IMG/VR virus record: IMGVR_UViG_3300030059_000924
Coordinates: 1 to 27,292 of that record
Source: a virus
Taxonomy: Duplodnaviria; Caudoviricetes
DNA: 27,292 nucleotides
Strand: one strand, 5' to 3'
Notes under the pieces: generated by a model
What the model was told of the DNA's origin: nothing
What the model saw: only the letters and a program-made list of their open reading frames with translations
Database searches by the model: none
Made by a program: the position numbers and the translations under genes
Shown here: in pieces, positions 6,727-16,248 of the stretch
Layout: each line of letters starts with the position of its first letter
How positions within the stretch are numbered: position 1 is the stretch's first letter

Positions 6727-9700
6727 ATTTTATTGAAGATTAACCAATCGTCACTTAGTAAATTTGCAAACATTATTTCAGTGGGGTCTAAGTTGTAAAA
6801 AATAGGGTAGACATCATTTTGCTCAAGTCCAGAATCTATTTGAAGTGTTGTCATCTCTAAATCAATAAACCAAGCACTTGTAACATTTGCTGCACCCGTA
6901 CATGAAATAGTGAAAAATGCTTGCTCACCATCTTTAGCTTGTTGCGAGTCAATTGTAATTACGGCACTTCCTAGTGCGTCTTTGTTTTCTGCTATTATAG
7001 TTGTTGTTCCTACATTTCGTGCTATTGATTTTGCGCCTCTTGACAGCCTTGTATTAGCTACTGTTCCTTGTGTGTTTTGTGTAACGGTATTACCTATGAC
7101 GCCAGCCGAACCACCAACTTCAACAACCACCGCTTGAACTCTTATATATATTACTGTGTCTGTGGGTATTAACCACGTGTTTATACCTGCTTCTGTTTGA
7201 GCTAAAACAGGGGTGGCGTTTATTGTAGTTGCTTGTAAGTTGGTTTTTATATTAGTTCCATTTATGCCCCTTTGACTAAAAAGCCTAACATTTGCCAAAG
7301 GAAAATCATTGTACGGATTAGCTGGTTTAGCATAAATATTTGAGGGCTGAATGCCCCCTACGCCTCCACCGCCATTACCTCCACCACCACCACGCCCTCC
7401 CGTTATTGCGGAAGCCGTCCTTGAAACACAACTTGTATTTGTATTGTCCCAAACATACCCATGTATAACACAACATAGTTCTGTTGAAGGTACTGCTAAA
7501 CCTGAAGCTGAATCTACAAAATTAACCGTTCCATCTGTTTGAAAAGAATCGGGTATTGAATCGCAAGTAGTTGACCCAATCCCAATTGGTTTATTTATAA
7601 CTTTTATAAGTTTGGCTTTTGCCAAAGAATTGCCACCAACGGCAAAATTACTTATACTTAACAAACGCCAAAAACAACCGTCTAAATATAAGTTGTCATT
7701 AAATTTTAAATCGTATAACTCAGTGTAATTAAGATTAATATCACACGTCATAATACGGGCATCACGGCTATAAATCTCACTAAAAAGCTGTGACCAGTAA
7801 TTGTAAAATGAATATTTTAAAGTAGTGCCTCCCGTTGTCCCACCGCTTATTGCTGGTGTTAAAAAGTTGTCTGGGTAGTCATAGCCCCAAGCTAAAGACT
7901 TTGTTGTTGTTGTAACACCGTAAGTATTGTATTCTGCAAAATAAGGAAATTGTGTGTATACAGCTCCATCAATTGCCCACGTCATACCGTTCCCAATATC
8001 TTGCAAGCCGTTGTAATATGCAAGAACAGGTTTACTAGACACCCATTTTTTACCACATTCGAAAGTTCCAACAACTCCGTTCCACTCCCAAAATTTAGGT
8101 ATTAAAACATTTGGCATAGATGAAGGTGACGTACTACACACGTTGCTGTAAACTGGTGAATTTCTATAAGGCTGAAAAACTTGTGTTGTTTTTCCGTCTT
8201 CTGTCGCAAAATCATTTTCATTCAAATATGAATATTTGCCTTTAATCCAACCTATGTTTTCTTGCCACCATGTATTTGAATTGTCTTTACCTTCTGCATC
8301 TGTAAATTCAAAAGTCTTTTTTTGAAACTCTAATGTTGACTTTATTTGAATAGAATCTTGGTCTACAATTTTTGTCCAATCTTTGTTTACATTGCCTTCT
8401 TCCCAATAGTCTGACCACGGTTCTATTTTCATAACCGTAGGTTCTTTCTGGTCACTTATTATAACTAAATTAAATCTTTCTATTATAGCTTTTAACCACT
8501 CATCGACAGAAACGTCAGGGAAATTTTGGCTTACATCTACAAAAGAGGCTGCTGAATCCCAAGATATTAATTCAAAGCTAGTTACAGCATCTGCTCCCGT
8601 TTGAAAATAAGTTATACTTTCTTCAGATTGAAACATAACAAGGGGACGGCAAGAGTCCCCAGCACTCATTGCTACAACCGTTTCAAAAGTAACAACAGAT
8701 ATAGCATTATACGCACACGCTTGTGTATATGACTGCCCGTATTCTTCTCCGTTAAGGTCTACACGAACCGCGAAATTATAATTGCCTGCTGTTGCTCTGT
8801 CGCTTCTTACTACATTAGTTGTTTTTAAAGTAAATGTGCCGTCAAATGGGGCAATAAAAGCCTCAGAATATAATCCGTCGGGGTCGTAAAATGGTGCAAC
8901 ACTTTCATTAAAATATACTATTGGTAACCAAATACTAGAAAATTGCGGTAACAACAATATGTCTTCACCATAACCTACTTTAAAGCCATAGCTCGGTCTA
9001 CCCTCTACCCTTAAAGTTTCTAAAGCTAGAAACATATAAACCTTTTGAATGTCTGCTGAATTAAGCCACGTACTAGATATTGTAAAACCAGCCTTATTAA
9101 ATATGTATTCTATTAGATAGGCTATCCTAATAGAAGGTTTCATATTTATAGAGAATAAAGTTAGTCCTAAATCAGAATTAGCATTACCAAAAATTCCAAT
9201 ACTTGGAACGGCTGTTGCTGAATCTGTATTGCCTGAAGCTCCGTTGTCTGCTATTGGGTAGACTATTGTGCCAGCACCAACTGCACCCGTTGTAATGTCG
9301 TTTGAGGTGTCCCAAGAATCTTTTATATTATCCCAGTTCAAAGCATGGTCAAGGTCAGTGTCTACCGTCCCTGCCTCTGTCGTGAATAGCTGTTGCCATG
9401 TAGTGCCTTTTATAGTTTCAAAAACTGAAGCAACAGATTCTAATATGCTAACCTCATAACCTACACCGCTAACAGAATACAATTGAAGTGTCCCTTGCAT
9501 TAACAAAATGGTGTCACTTGACAAAGTACAAGTGGTTTTAGTATTGGGTGTAAAAGTTCCGTTTGTCACATTTGCATTAAAGTAAAAAGCAAAGAATTTA
9601 TTGTTGCCTTTAGTAAGGGGCATTTTAAAACGAAAAGAATACGGGCTTCTTCGTGACATTGGGTCACTAAGGTCTAAGTATTGAAAGTTTAATTCAATAG

Positions 9701-9767
9701 GTGTTTCAGGTATGTCTAACTCAAATTGAGTTGTACCCGTTTGTTCTGTTGCGATTAATTGAATCAT
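6723..9767 (-). CDS. Large tail tip/baseplate hub protein (1014 aa)
   Basis: N-terminal SPYSFRFKMPLTKGNNKFF hub-like motif, IIERFNLVI and DWTKIVD segments; beta-rich; in tail module. Confidence 0.75.
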   Translation of the reverse strand: MIQLIATEQTGTTQFELDIPETPIELNFQYLDLSDPMSRRSPYSFRFKMPLTKGNNKFFAFYFNANVTNGTFTPNTKTTCTLSSDTILLMQGTLQLYSVSGVGYEVSILESVASVFETIKGTTWQQLFTTEAGTVDTDLDHALNWDNIKDSWDTSNDITTGAVGAGTIVYPIADNGASGNTDSATAVPSIGIFGNANSDLGLTLFSINMKPSIRIAYLIEYIFNKAGFTISSTWLNSADIQKVYMFLALETLRVEGRPSYGFKVGYGEDILLLPQFSSIWLPIVYFNESVAPFYDPDGLYSEAFIAPFDGTFTLKTTNVVRSDRATAGNYNFAVRVDLNGEEYGQSYTQACAYNAISVVTFETVVAMSAGDSCRPLVMFQSEESITYFQTGADAVTSFELISWDSAASFVDVSQNFPDVSVDEWLKAIIERFNLVIISDQKEPTVMKIEPWSDYWEEGNVNKDWTKIVDQDSIQIKSTLEFQKKTFEFTDAEGKDNSNTWWQENIGWIKGKYSYLNENDFATEDGKTTQVFQPYRNSPVYSNVCSTSPSSMPNVLIPKFWEWNGVVGTFECGKKWVSSKPVLAYYNGLQDIGNGMTWAIDGAVYTQFPYFAEYNTYGVTTTTKSLAWGYDYPDNFLTPAISGGTTGGTTLKYSFYNYWSQLFSEIYSRDARIMTCDINLNYTELYDLKFNDNLYLDGCFWRLLSISNFAVGGNSLAKAKLIKVINKPIGIGSTTCDSIPDSFQTDGTVNFVDSASGLAVPSTELCCVIHGYVWDNTNTSCVSRTASAITGGRGGGGGNGGGGVGGIQPSNIYAKPANPYNDFPLANVRLFSQRGINGTNIKTNLQATTINATPVLAQTEAGINTWLIPTDTVIYIRVQAVVVEVGGSAGVIGNTVTQNTQGTVANTRLSRGAKSIARNVGTTTIIAENKDALGSAVITIDSQQAKDGEQAFFTISCTGAANVTSAWFIDLEMTTLQIDSGLEQNDVYPIFYNLDPTEIMFANLLSDDWLIFNKI

Positions 9768-11161
9768 GGGTTAGCTCGTCTTCTACTAATTTCTATTTTT
9801 AAAGTATAAGCCACAGCCCTGTCATTTAACCCTGTCATTTTCTTTTGCTGGGTTTCTAAGACATAAGCCTGCACAACTCCGTTACTTGCACTTTGTTCAG
9901 ACGAACCAAACAAACTATTGCCAGATAAAAATACACGTTCACTATTTAGTAATGAACGCACCATTGGGTTTAACAAATCTGGGTTGCCTCCAATAGTCGT
10001 AAGTTCTAAAATTGTCTTTGCATGAACTTTTGAACTTCTTTTGCCACCCATCCACGATTGTTTTACATACACATCTGAACCTATTCCATTAGCAGTTAAA
10101 CTATTTCCACCTGACGTTCTATAATCTTTCTTTTCTATCTCTTGTGTTTCTTGCACCTTGCCCAAAAGCGGTAAGTTGTCTACACCTCCTTTACTATTCC
10201 ACCAATGAACCGAAAAGATTTGGTCATCAGTAACATACTTGCCACAAGAAACCCGTTCAAATCTATATGCTTGTGAAGTTTCGTTACCAGTCAAAGTTGA
10301 TGCACTTGCAAATTGTATATCGTAGTGTGTCCATGATGCGTTAAAACCATAGCTGGGTTTTGCTATTGCGTTTGTCGATTGTGCTTCTAAATTTGCTGTG
10401 CCACATCCAAAATATAAAAGGCTTTTAGCATCTGGTAATGTTGCTGCTGGTATAACCCCACCGTTAGTACCTGTGTTTTGAAAATATGATTGTGATAACT
10501 GAGAACTATTTTTATAGTATGTTACAAAAATATAATCTGAATTAGCTGAACCTACGTCATCACCATTTAAAAAAGCTAAAGAAGCCCATTGCGTATTTGA
10601 CCCATCATAAAGAATACTTGTTTTTAATTGCGTGCTATTTGGAACGGGTGCAATATCAGATAGAAATAACGCTTGGTTGTTGTCTATGCCGTAAGCTGAA
10701 GCAACGGTAGGAAGTGGAGGTGAAGAACTTGTAGGGGCTAAAAATGAACCATTAACACACTTTACTTCTTTTGTTGCACCAGATGGATATGTAATAACTG
10801 GCGTAGCATTTGCCGAAGCCGATTCTTCATAGCCAAATATTAAATCGAATGTCTTTAAAGCTGAAGTATTAACACTAAATTGTTTTGTTATTTCAGCAGT
10901 TCCATCTAACCCAAATGCCCCAAGCTGGTACGGATTGTCATCTTGTAATACGTAATTGGACACTATGCTTTTAATATTAAAGACAGCAGAAGAAGCATTG
11001 TTTGGTAATTGTTTTAACAAAATTACTTCTACACTGTCAAGTTCAATTTTTAATACATAGCGGAAATTGGAGGGTGTAGTTGACTGACCCGTTACAACAT
11101 ATATAAGGTCGTCAGCTGCGCCTTGTAATCCAGTTGTAGATTGTGAAATTGTGTATGCCAT
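9764..11161 (-). CDS. Tail structural protein (distal-tail-like, 465 aa)
   Basis: C-terminal WWNSKGGVD...LLNSERVFL pattern; immediately upstream of hub gene. Confidence 0.65.
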   Translation of the reverse strand: MAYTISQSTTGLQGAADDLIYVVTGQSTTPSNFRYVLKIELDSVEVILLKQLPNNASSAVFNIKSIVSNYVLQDDNPYQLGAFGLDGTAEITKQFSVNTSALKTFDLIFGYEESASANATPVITYPSGATKEVKCVNGSFLAPTSSSPPLPTVASAYGIDNNQALFLSDIAPVPNSTQLKTSILYDGSNTQWASLAFLNGDDVGSANSDYIFVTYYKNSSQLSQSYFQNTGTNGGVIPAATLPDAKSLLYFGCGTANLEAQSTNAIAKPSYGFNASWTHYDIQFASASTLTGNETSQAYRFERVSCGKYVTDDQIFSVHWWNSKGGVDNLPLLGKVQETQEIEKKDYRTSGGNSLTANGIGSDVYVKQSWMGGKRSSKVHAKTILELTTIGGNPDLLNPMVRSLLNSERVFLSGNSLFGSSEQSASNGVVQAYVLETQQKKMTGLNDRAVAYTLKIEISRRRANP

Positions 11162-11778
11162 TAGATGGTTATTTTAATATTATATATGCCAGTCATATTT
11201 TGTTCTACAAAGGTTGCTACATCTAAACCAATAGCTTTTCCTATTAATCTTTTACTTTTTTTATAGCTTTGGTCTAAAGCTATGGCATAGTAATTAGATG
11301 GAGCTATCCCGTAATTATAAATTTTAGAACTTATAGCACTAACCATTTGCTTACGTTTAATAAATCTACCCTTCTTGTCACGTATCGCACCAATTGGCTT
11401 TTGAATTACCCACCTATCTATTCCACCCCTTAATGTCCCACCACCTGTAAAATTTCCAGAACCAAACTTAAACGGGCTTTTCGGTGCTTCTTTATTAGAT
11501 ATTAAACCCTGTACGCCTTGCTCTACGAAGTCCCAATAAGGTACTGCACCTTCAAAATTTAACTGTATGGTTTCTTTTGAACCTTCAATGGTATAAAATA
11601 ATGACTTGCTTAGATTTCCTGTAACTACTTTGCCCTGTTCTTTTAATATTTTTCGGGCATTACTTACCACCCGTTTACCTATCTTATTCATTGCTTTATG
11701 CAAACTATTCATGTGCATAGGTACACGTTCACCTGCAATATCTAGCTTTATAACTAGCGCATTAGTACGGGGCATCAC
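11161..11778 (-). CDS. Putative neck/tail-completion protein (HK97 gp10-like)
   Basis: Basic; TGNLSKSL, YWDFVEQG, GIAPSNY motifs. Confidence 0.6.
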   Translation of the reverse strand: MMPRTNALVIKLDIAGERVPMHMNSLHKAMNKIGKRVVSNARKILKEQGKVVTGNLSKSLFYTIEGSKETIQLNFEGAVPYWDFVEQGVQGLISNKEAPKSPFKFGSGNFTGGGTLRGGIDRWVIQKPIGAIRDKKGRFIKRKQMVSAISSKIYNYGIAPSNYYAIALDQSYKKSKRLIGKAIGLDVATFVEQNMTGIYNIKITI

Positions 11779-12223
11779 ATAAGTCTATAACGTTAGGCAA
11801 TCTAATTTCAAAAGAAGTTGACCACCCCGTTAAAAGGTTATCGAAACGTGCTGTAAACGGGTCACATTGTAGTGGCAACTCAAAGTTCCACATACCATCT
11901 ACGGTTGTGTTTCCGTCATAAACTGCAAACCTAAATTTAGCTGCTACGTCTTGTAAGATTAAAAACGTTTCTGCATATATCTGGGTAAGTAAATCGTCTT
12001 GCTTTTCTATACACATATCAGCAACTATAATCTCATAGGTGAAGACAGTTACACTAGCATCTAATTCAGCAGCCGAACATTGCGCATAGAGCAAAGGGTA
12101 CTTATCTACATCTAGTTTTTCCATGTCTAATCTGTCAAGGCTAAACGTATAAAAACTTTTTAGTTGCAAATGCTCTGTAACTATTTGCTTAAATGTGTTA
12201 TTAATATCTACAACTGTTTGCAT
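11762..12223 (-). CDS. Putative tail terminator protein
   Basis: 153 aa acidic protein with KYPLLY motif; position in tail module. Confidence 0.6.
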   Translation of the reverse strand: MQTVVDINNTFKQIVTEHLQLKSFYTFSLDRLDMEKLDVDKYPLLYAQCSAAELDASVTVFTYEIIVADMCIEKQDDLLTQIYAETFLILQDVAAKFRFAVYDGNTTVDGMWNFELPLQCDPFTARFDNLLTGWSTSFEIRLPNVIDLCDAPY

Positions 12224-12453
12224 TACATTTTTACTTTGTCTTGTAAGTTTAAGTCTTTTTCGTAAGCCATGAATGTTAAGGCTTGCTCTATATATATACT
12301 TTGTACGTCATTCATTTTTAAAATATTACCATTAGCCAGTTCATAAATGATACCAAACCAGCCCCATTTTTTGTGTATTGAGTCGCCTTGACTTTCTTGT
12401 CCTTTTCCAAATAGTGTTGCGTAGTGGAAATTAATTCCTTTGCGGTGTTGCAA
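12223..12453 (-). CDS. Tail assembly chaperone C-terminal extension, reached by -1 frameshift
   Basis: -1 frame opens at slippery GTT TTT TTT TGC; KWGWFGIIYELANG motif; TAATG coupling to next gene. Confidence 0.75.
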   Translation of the reverse strand: MQHRKGINFHYATLFGKGQESQGDSIHKKWGWFGIIYELANGNILKMNDVQSIYIEQALTFMAYEKDLNLQDKVKM

Positions 12454-12959
12454 AAAAAAACCATAGCACCAATTGCAATGTTCATAGGTAGGTCTAGCAT
12501 AGCTTCTTTGCGCTCTTTACTAATTCTATAATTAGCTATTTCATATTTATCTAGCTTTTCATCTATGACTTCCCGAAACAGAATAGCGCATAGTTTTTCT
12601 AAACTATTAAATACACCACCTGAACACATGGTTTCTAAATCAGCGTACTCACCTACCGTAAGTTTAGATAGGTCAGGTATAAATCCGTATTGCTGACCCT
12701 TTAATTCAAACCGTCTAACAAGGGGCATTTTTCTAGTGAAGGGGTCGGGGTCTTGCATTAACCAATTTAAGGTAGCTGATGCCTTCTCTATTGAGTCCCA
12801 CGTTGCATCCTGTAGGGAATTAGGCTCTAGCCCAGAAAGTAGCTCTATACACCTTCTTTGTGCGTTATAAGCGTCTTTTTCTTTTTCATACATTGCCCAC
12901 AGCTTCATGTATTGCCCAACTGTGATTTCACTGAAGTCGTCTGGTAGTGTTACTTTCAT
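12318..12959 (-). CDS. Tail assembly chaperone
   Basis: EITVGQY, YGFIPDLSKLTVGEYADLE and GAMVFF slippery end motif. Confidence 0.75.
   Translation of the reverse strand: MKVTLPDDFSEITVGQYMKLWAMYEKEKDAYNAQRRCIELLSGLEPNSLQDATWDSIEKASATLNWLMQDPDPFTRKMPLVRRFELKGQQYGFIPDLSKLTVGEYADLETMCSGGVFNSLEKLCAILFREVIDEKLDKYEIANYRISKERKEAMLDLPMNIAIGAMVFFCNTAKELISTTQHYLEKDKKVKATQYTKNGAGLVSFMNWLMVIF
12452..12461 (-). other. Programmed -1 frameshift slippery site G TTT TTT TTT
   Basis: A9 run on plus strand at 12452-12460. Confidence 0.75.
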
Positions 12960-14131
12960 TGTATTGTGTAGCTTCCTGTTTTTCTTAATAGCTTGTTAAG
13001 ACAAATATACCTCACTGCGTCCACTGCGTGGTTCCAATTGTCAACTGGAATTGGCAACGTCCTATTGTTTTTATCTGTCTTCCACTTATAGTTTCTAAAC
13101 TCCTTTTGTACGTTTAGGCTTGTGTCCTTAATATGAATTTTATGACGACGTAAAACGTCTATCCCTATGCGAATTGAATCCGCGCCCTTCTTCGCAGGTT
13201 TGATATTGAAGCCACCTTGCCCATCCCCTCTATGTATTTCGTGAATGGCTTTTGGTTCAGCTGAATCAGCTATAATTTCTTCGTGCCTCGTTATTCCTAT
13301 TTCACGAAACTTAGCCATAATATCTGAGTTGGTCATGCCACCTGAATACAGAAATTCCTCTATGTATAATTCATTGCCACGAATCCATACCTTAACCAAA
13401 GCTGTCGGGTCTGCGCTAAAGCCCCAATCAATGCCCCATGCTACGGGCTTACATTCTTCAGGAAGTTCTGTGTATATCCTACTTTCAAAAATTGTTGCCC
13501 TACTCTTGCCCCTCTCACCTAACCCGTAGATTCTCCAATAGTCTTCGTCTGTTGTTTTCAATAGCTCAATCTCAGCTATAATGTCTTTATCCAAAAAAGG
13601 GTTATCTAAGTAGGTAGATTGATAAAATGTACAATCTTCTCTTGGTATGATTTCATCATATATCCAATGAAATTCCTCACTTGGGTTATAGTCCATAATA
13701 ATCTTAGACATCTCACCTCCCGTTCTAAGTGAAATTTGTCTGTACGTTTCAAGTGATAATTCGTTAGCCTCATTTAAAAAAGCTATATTTCTTTTAGCTC
13801 CACGCAACTTTTGTGGCTGGTCTGTCGATATAAATTCCCACATATTACCAAACAGATTGTATGTGTTTTCTGTCTTGTTGTGGTCACGTTCATCATACCA
13901 GTCTTCATTGTGAAGTATGGTTAGAAAGTCCCTATAAACTGACGCACGTAAGGAAGGAAAACTTTTTCTTACTACGGTAATAACTAACGCAGCATTTCTA
14001 TTCTCATAGCATAGGGAACAAAGCACGTTTAAAATAGACCATGTTTTACCTGACCTAGTTCCTCCCTGAAATACCGCCACTCTTGTATCACATCCTATAA
14101 GGTCGTAGTATGTCTTTGGTTGCTGTTGCAT
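12956..14131 (-). CDS. terL: Terminase large subunit (PBSX/SPP1-like)
   Basis: Walker A GGTRSGKT, Walker B AFLNEANE, MDYNP, GIDWGF, NHAVDAVRY. Confidence 0.95.
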   Translation of the reverse strand: MQQQPKTYYDLIGCDTRVAVFQGGTRSGKTWSILNVLCSLCYENRNAALVITVVRKSFPSLRASVYRDFLTILHNEDWYDERDHNKTENTYNLFGNMWEFISTDQPQKLRGAKRNIAFLNEANELSLETYRQISLRTGGEMSKIIMDYNPSEEFHWIYDEIIPREDCTFYQSTYLDNPFLDKDIIAEIELLKTTDEDYWRIYGLGERGKSRATIFESRIYTELPEECKPVAWGIDWGFSADPTALVKVWIRGNELYIEEFLYSGGMTNSDIMAKFREIGITRHEEIIADSAEPKAIHEIHRGDGQGGFNIKPAKKGADSIRIGIDVLRRHKIHIKDTSLNVQKEFRNYKWKTDKNNRTLPIPVDNWNHAVDAVRYICLNKLLRKTGSYTIQ

Positions 14132-14136
14132 TATTA

Positions 14137-14154
14137 GATTAAATACCTTATATT
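14137..14154 (+). promoter_or_regulatory. Putative promoter motif GATTAAATACCTTATATT
   Basis: 17/18 identical to the minus-strand motif at 20671-20688; TTG-N20-TATATTAT arrangement. Confidence 0.6.
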
Positions 14155-14280
14155 ATGGGTATGGAAAACAAAGAAATAGTAAACGAAATTCTAAAACTCA
14201 TGAAAGAGGTAGCTAATTTAGAAGAACAAAAAAGGGGTGTTGAACTTAAAATAAAAAACCTTATTGCGCTAAGCTCGTAG
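14155..14280 (+). CDS. Lone plus-strand coiled-coil peptide (41 aa), not in ORF track
   Basis: MGMENKEIVNEILKLMKEVANLEEQKRGVELKIKNLIALSS*; fills the TerS-TerL gap; strand base skew flips here; promoter-like motif adjacent. Confidence 0.7.
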   Translation: MGMENKEIVNEILKLMKEVANLEEQKRGVELKIKNLIALSS

Positions 14281-14286
14281 TATGTT

Positions 14287-14571
14287 TTAGGTTGGTCTAT
14301 CATTCTTAAACCATGAAGGCGGTTGAACTGGTTCGTTTATTGTCAACTCAGTTTCGGACTGCTTGGGCATAAAGTAAGGCAATAGATTCGTGTAAGCCTT
14401 TAAGAATTTTTCAAGGTCTTGCTCTATTAGAATATCTAATGCTTCAGATACGTGTTGCATTTTACCCTTCATCATGTCGTCAAATAATTCCTTTTGTGAG
14501 TTGGTTACTTTATTCTTAACTCCTTTGGGTCTTCCTTTTACGTTGCCAGACTGTCCTTTTTTATATGCCAT
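14287..14571 (-). CDS. terS: Putative terminase small subunit
   Basis: KKGQSGNVKGRPKG N-terminal motif; upstream of TerL. Confidence 0.7.
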   Translation of the reverse strand: MAYKKGQSGNVKGRPKGVKNKVTNSQKELFDDMMKGKMQHVSEALDILIEQDLEKFLKAYTNLLPYFMPKQSETELTINEPVQPPSWFKNDRPT

Positions 14572-14572
14572 A

Positions 14573-14842
14573 TCACTGTATTTTACTGTTCTTTTCAGTC
14601 AATGCGTCTAAGTTACAAATTTTTCTTAGCCACCTGCCTATCTGTTTTTGTGTTGGTGCATAGCTATTAATGGGGTCTATCTTATTCATTTCATACCTCC
14701 ACCATACGACATACTCAGCTTCTTCGTAACAATATCCACAAAGGTTATCTTCCCTTACTTCCCTTCCACAGCAAGAACTCCTTAATTCATCGCCTGGGTA
14801 ATTATTAAAGTCCTCGTGCATATCCTTCTGCCATCCTTTCAA
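14573..14842 (-). CDS. Cys-motif hypothetical protein
   Basis: SSCCG-x8-CGYCYE. Confidence 0.7.
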   Translation of the reverse strand: MKGWQKDMHEDFNNYPGDELRSSCCGREVREDNLCGYCYEEAEYVVWWRYEMNKIDPINSYAPTQKQIGRWLRKICNLDALTEKNSKIQ

Positions 14843-15071
14843 AGAAAGTTTTGTGCCTATCTTTTAGTGTGTACTTAGCTACCGAAGTAGTAGAACCCCA
14901 CCGTGTTTTTACTTTAATATCTGAGGTTGTTATATTATAACCTTCTTTACGTAGTAGGCAAACGGTAGCTGCTAACCTTGTATTGCCTAAATCTCTAATT
15001 GCTTCTAAAGACGTTATAGAATTATGGTCTTCAAAGTATTTTAATAGTCTTGTTTTGTGTGTGCTTTTCAT
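14805..15071 (-). CDS. Winged helix-turn-helix DNA-binding protein
   Basis: ITSLEAIRDLGNTRLAATVCLLRKEGYNI. Confidence 0.8.
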   Translation of the reverse strand: MKSTHKTRLLKYFEDHNSITSLEAIRDLGNTRLAATVCLLRKEGYNITTSDIKVKTRWGSTTSVAKYTLKDRHKTFFERMAEGYARGL

Positions 15072-15081
15072 TGTGTGTTTT

Positions 15082-15375
15082 TTAACAGTATAATGCTACT
15101 GGTTCGGTTTCTTCTAATGCTCTTATCTTTTCTATGTGCTTAAACCATTTAAGAGTTGTAGAGGCTTCTTTCACCATGTGTTCCCAGTCTTCTTCATTTA
15201 GACATTCACCAATAGATTGTCTTAATCCTTGAAGTTGGTAAAGCATAGAATCGTTGTAATTGTAACCTCCATACTCATTAAAAATAGCATAACATTGGTC
15301 ATTCATTTCTACTACGCTTTTCATCATTTGAGCCATAGTTTTACTTATTGTTGTTTCATTCATATTAGTTTTCAT
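15082..15375 (-). CDS. Hypothetical protein (97 aa)
   Basis: ORF track; operon packing. Confidence 0.7.
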   Translation of the reverse strand: MKTNMNETTISKTMAQMMKSVVEMNDQCYAIFNEYGGYNYNDSMLYQLQGLRQSIGECLNEEDWEHMVKEASTTLKWFKHIEKIRALEETEPVALYC

Positions 15376-15484
15376 TCGTAGTTATAAATTCGCAATGCTC
15401 TAAACAATCGGGGCAAATGCCCATCTCGGTTTCTGTTGTGCTTACTCCACAGCAATCACTAAATGTTTCGTCTTCGTTATTCAT
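15365..15484 (-). CDS. Zn-finger-like microprotein (39 aa), not in ORF track
   Basis: MNNEDETFSDCCGVSTTETEMGICPDCLEHCEFITTNEN*. Confidence 0.7.
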   Translation of the reverse strand: MNNEDETFSDCCGVSTTETEMGICPDCLEHCEFITTNEN

Positions 15485-15839
15485 CTATTTTATTTTTAAA
15501 GTGTTGTATTATAGCTTCCGTTTTTTGCTTATAGTGTTTCTTAAAATCCCCTTCACCTCCGTCTTGCTTCCATAGTATATATAAAACATTCCTTAGACGT
15601 TGTGACTGTGACTTTGGTTCATCGTAAAGGTCTATATCTATATTGTCTAATTCGTCTACTTCTTCCGTATTCATCTTTTCTTCACCTCTGAAATACAGAA
15701 CGCCAAATTGCAATAGCATCTGGTCAATTACCATAATTTCTTGCGAAGTCTTTTCTTGCGTTATAAACCTAATAGAAACAGTCCCATCTTTCTTTCTATT
15801 ATAGCTGTCAAAAATTACGGGGCAAAGTATTTTACTCAT
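15477..15839 (-). CDS. Hypothetical phage protein (120 aa)
   Basis: RKKDGTVSIRFITQE and KSQSQRLRNVLY motifs. Confidence 0.75.
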   Translation of the reverse strand: MSKILCPVIFDSYNRKKDGTVSIRFITQEKTSQEIMVIDQMLLQFGVLYFRGEEKMNTEEVDELDNIDIDLYDEPKSQSQRLRNVLYILWKQDGGEGDFKKHYKQKTEAIIQHFKNKIDE

Positions 15840-16248
15840 CGCATGATGCTTCGTATGCCTTTTGTAGCTCTAACATCCTACCCTCTACACATGAACCACA
15901 ATTTGTTTTCTTGCTCATCTTTTGGAATGTTCTAAAATAAAGGTCAATTACAATTTGTTGTACACCTCTATTTAAAACGCCTTTGTGTAAAGCTGGTGCT
16001 AACACTTCTGCCCATAGTTTTTTGTCTTCCTCATTAAATGGATTAAAGTAAGCAAAGCGTTTATTAAGATAAGCCTTGCGTTTTCCACAACCACAGTCTT
16101 CACCAGCTATTTTAGTTACTATGTCCTTGACTACATCGGGTATTAGGTTTTCAATAGTGTCACCTAATCCTTTTTCTATTTTCTTTGAGGTGTTCTTGCG
16201 CGGTTTTGATACTTTTGTAGAGCGTATTTTTCGAGATTCCTGTGGCAT
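15832..16248 (-). CDS. Cys-containing hypothetical phage protein
   Basis: KGLGDTIE...CGCGKRKAYLN...CGSC; start uncertain because it overlaps the sigma gene. Confidence 0.7.
   Translation of the reverse strand: MPQESRKIRSTKVSKPRKNTSKKIEKGLGDTIENLIPDVVKDIVTKIAGEDCGCGKRKAYLNKRFAYFNPFNEEDKKLWAEVLAPALHKGVLNRGVQQIVIDLYFRTFQKMSKKTNCGSCVEGRMLELQKAYEASCDE

Noticed and set aside
4765-7400. CCA/CCT/CCG-rich tracts at about 4765-4815 and 7355-7400
   Set aside because: They encode poly-Gly linkers in tape measure and hub proteins; the proline-rich plus-strand ORF is their shadow
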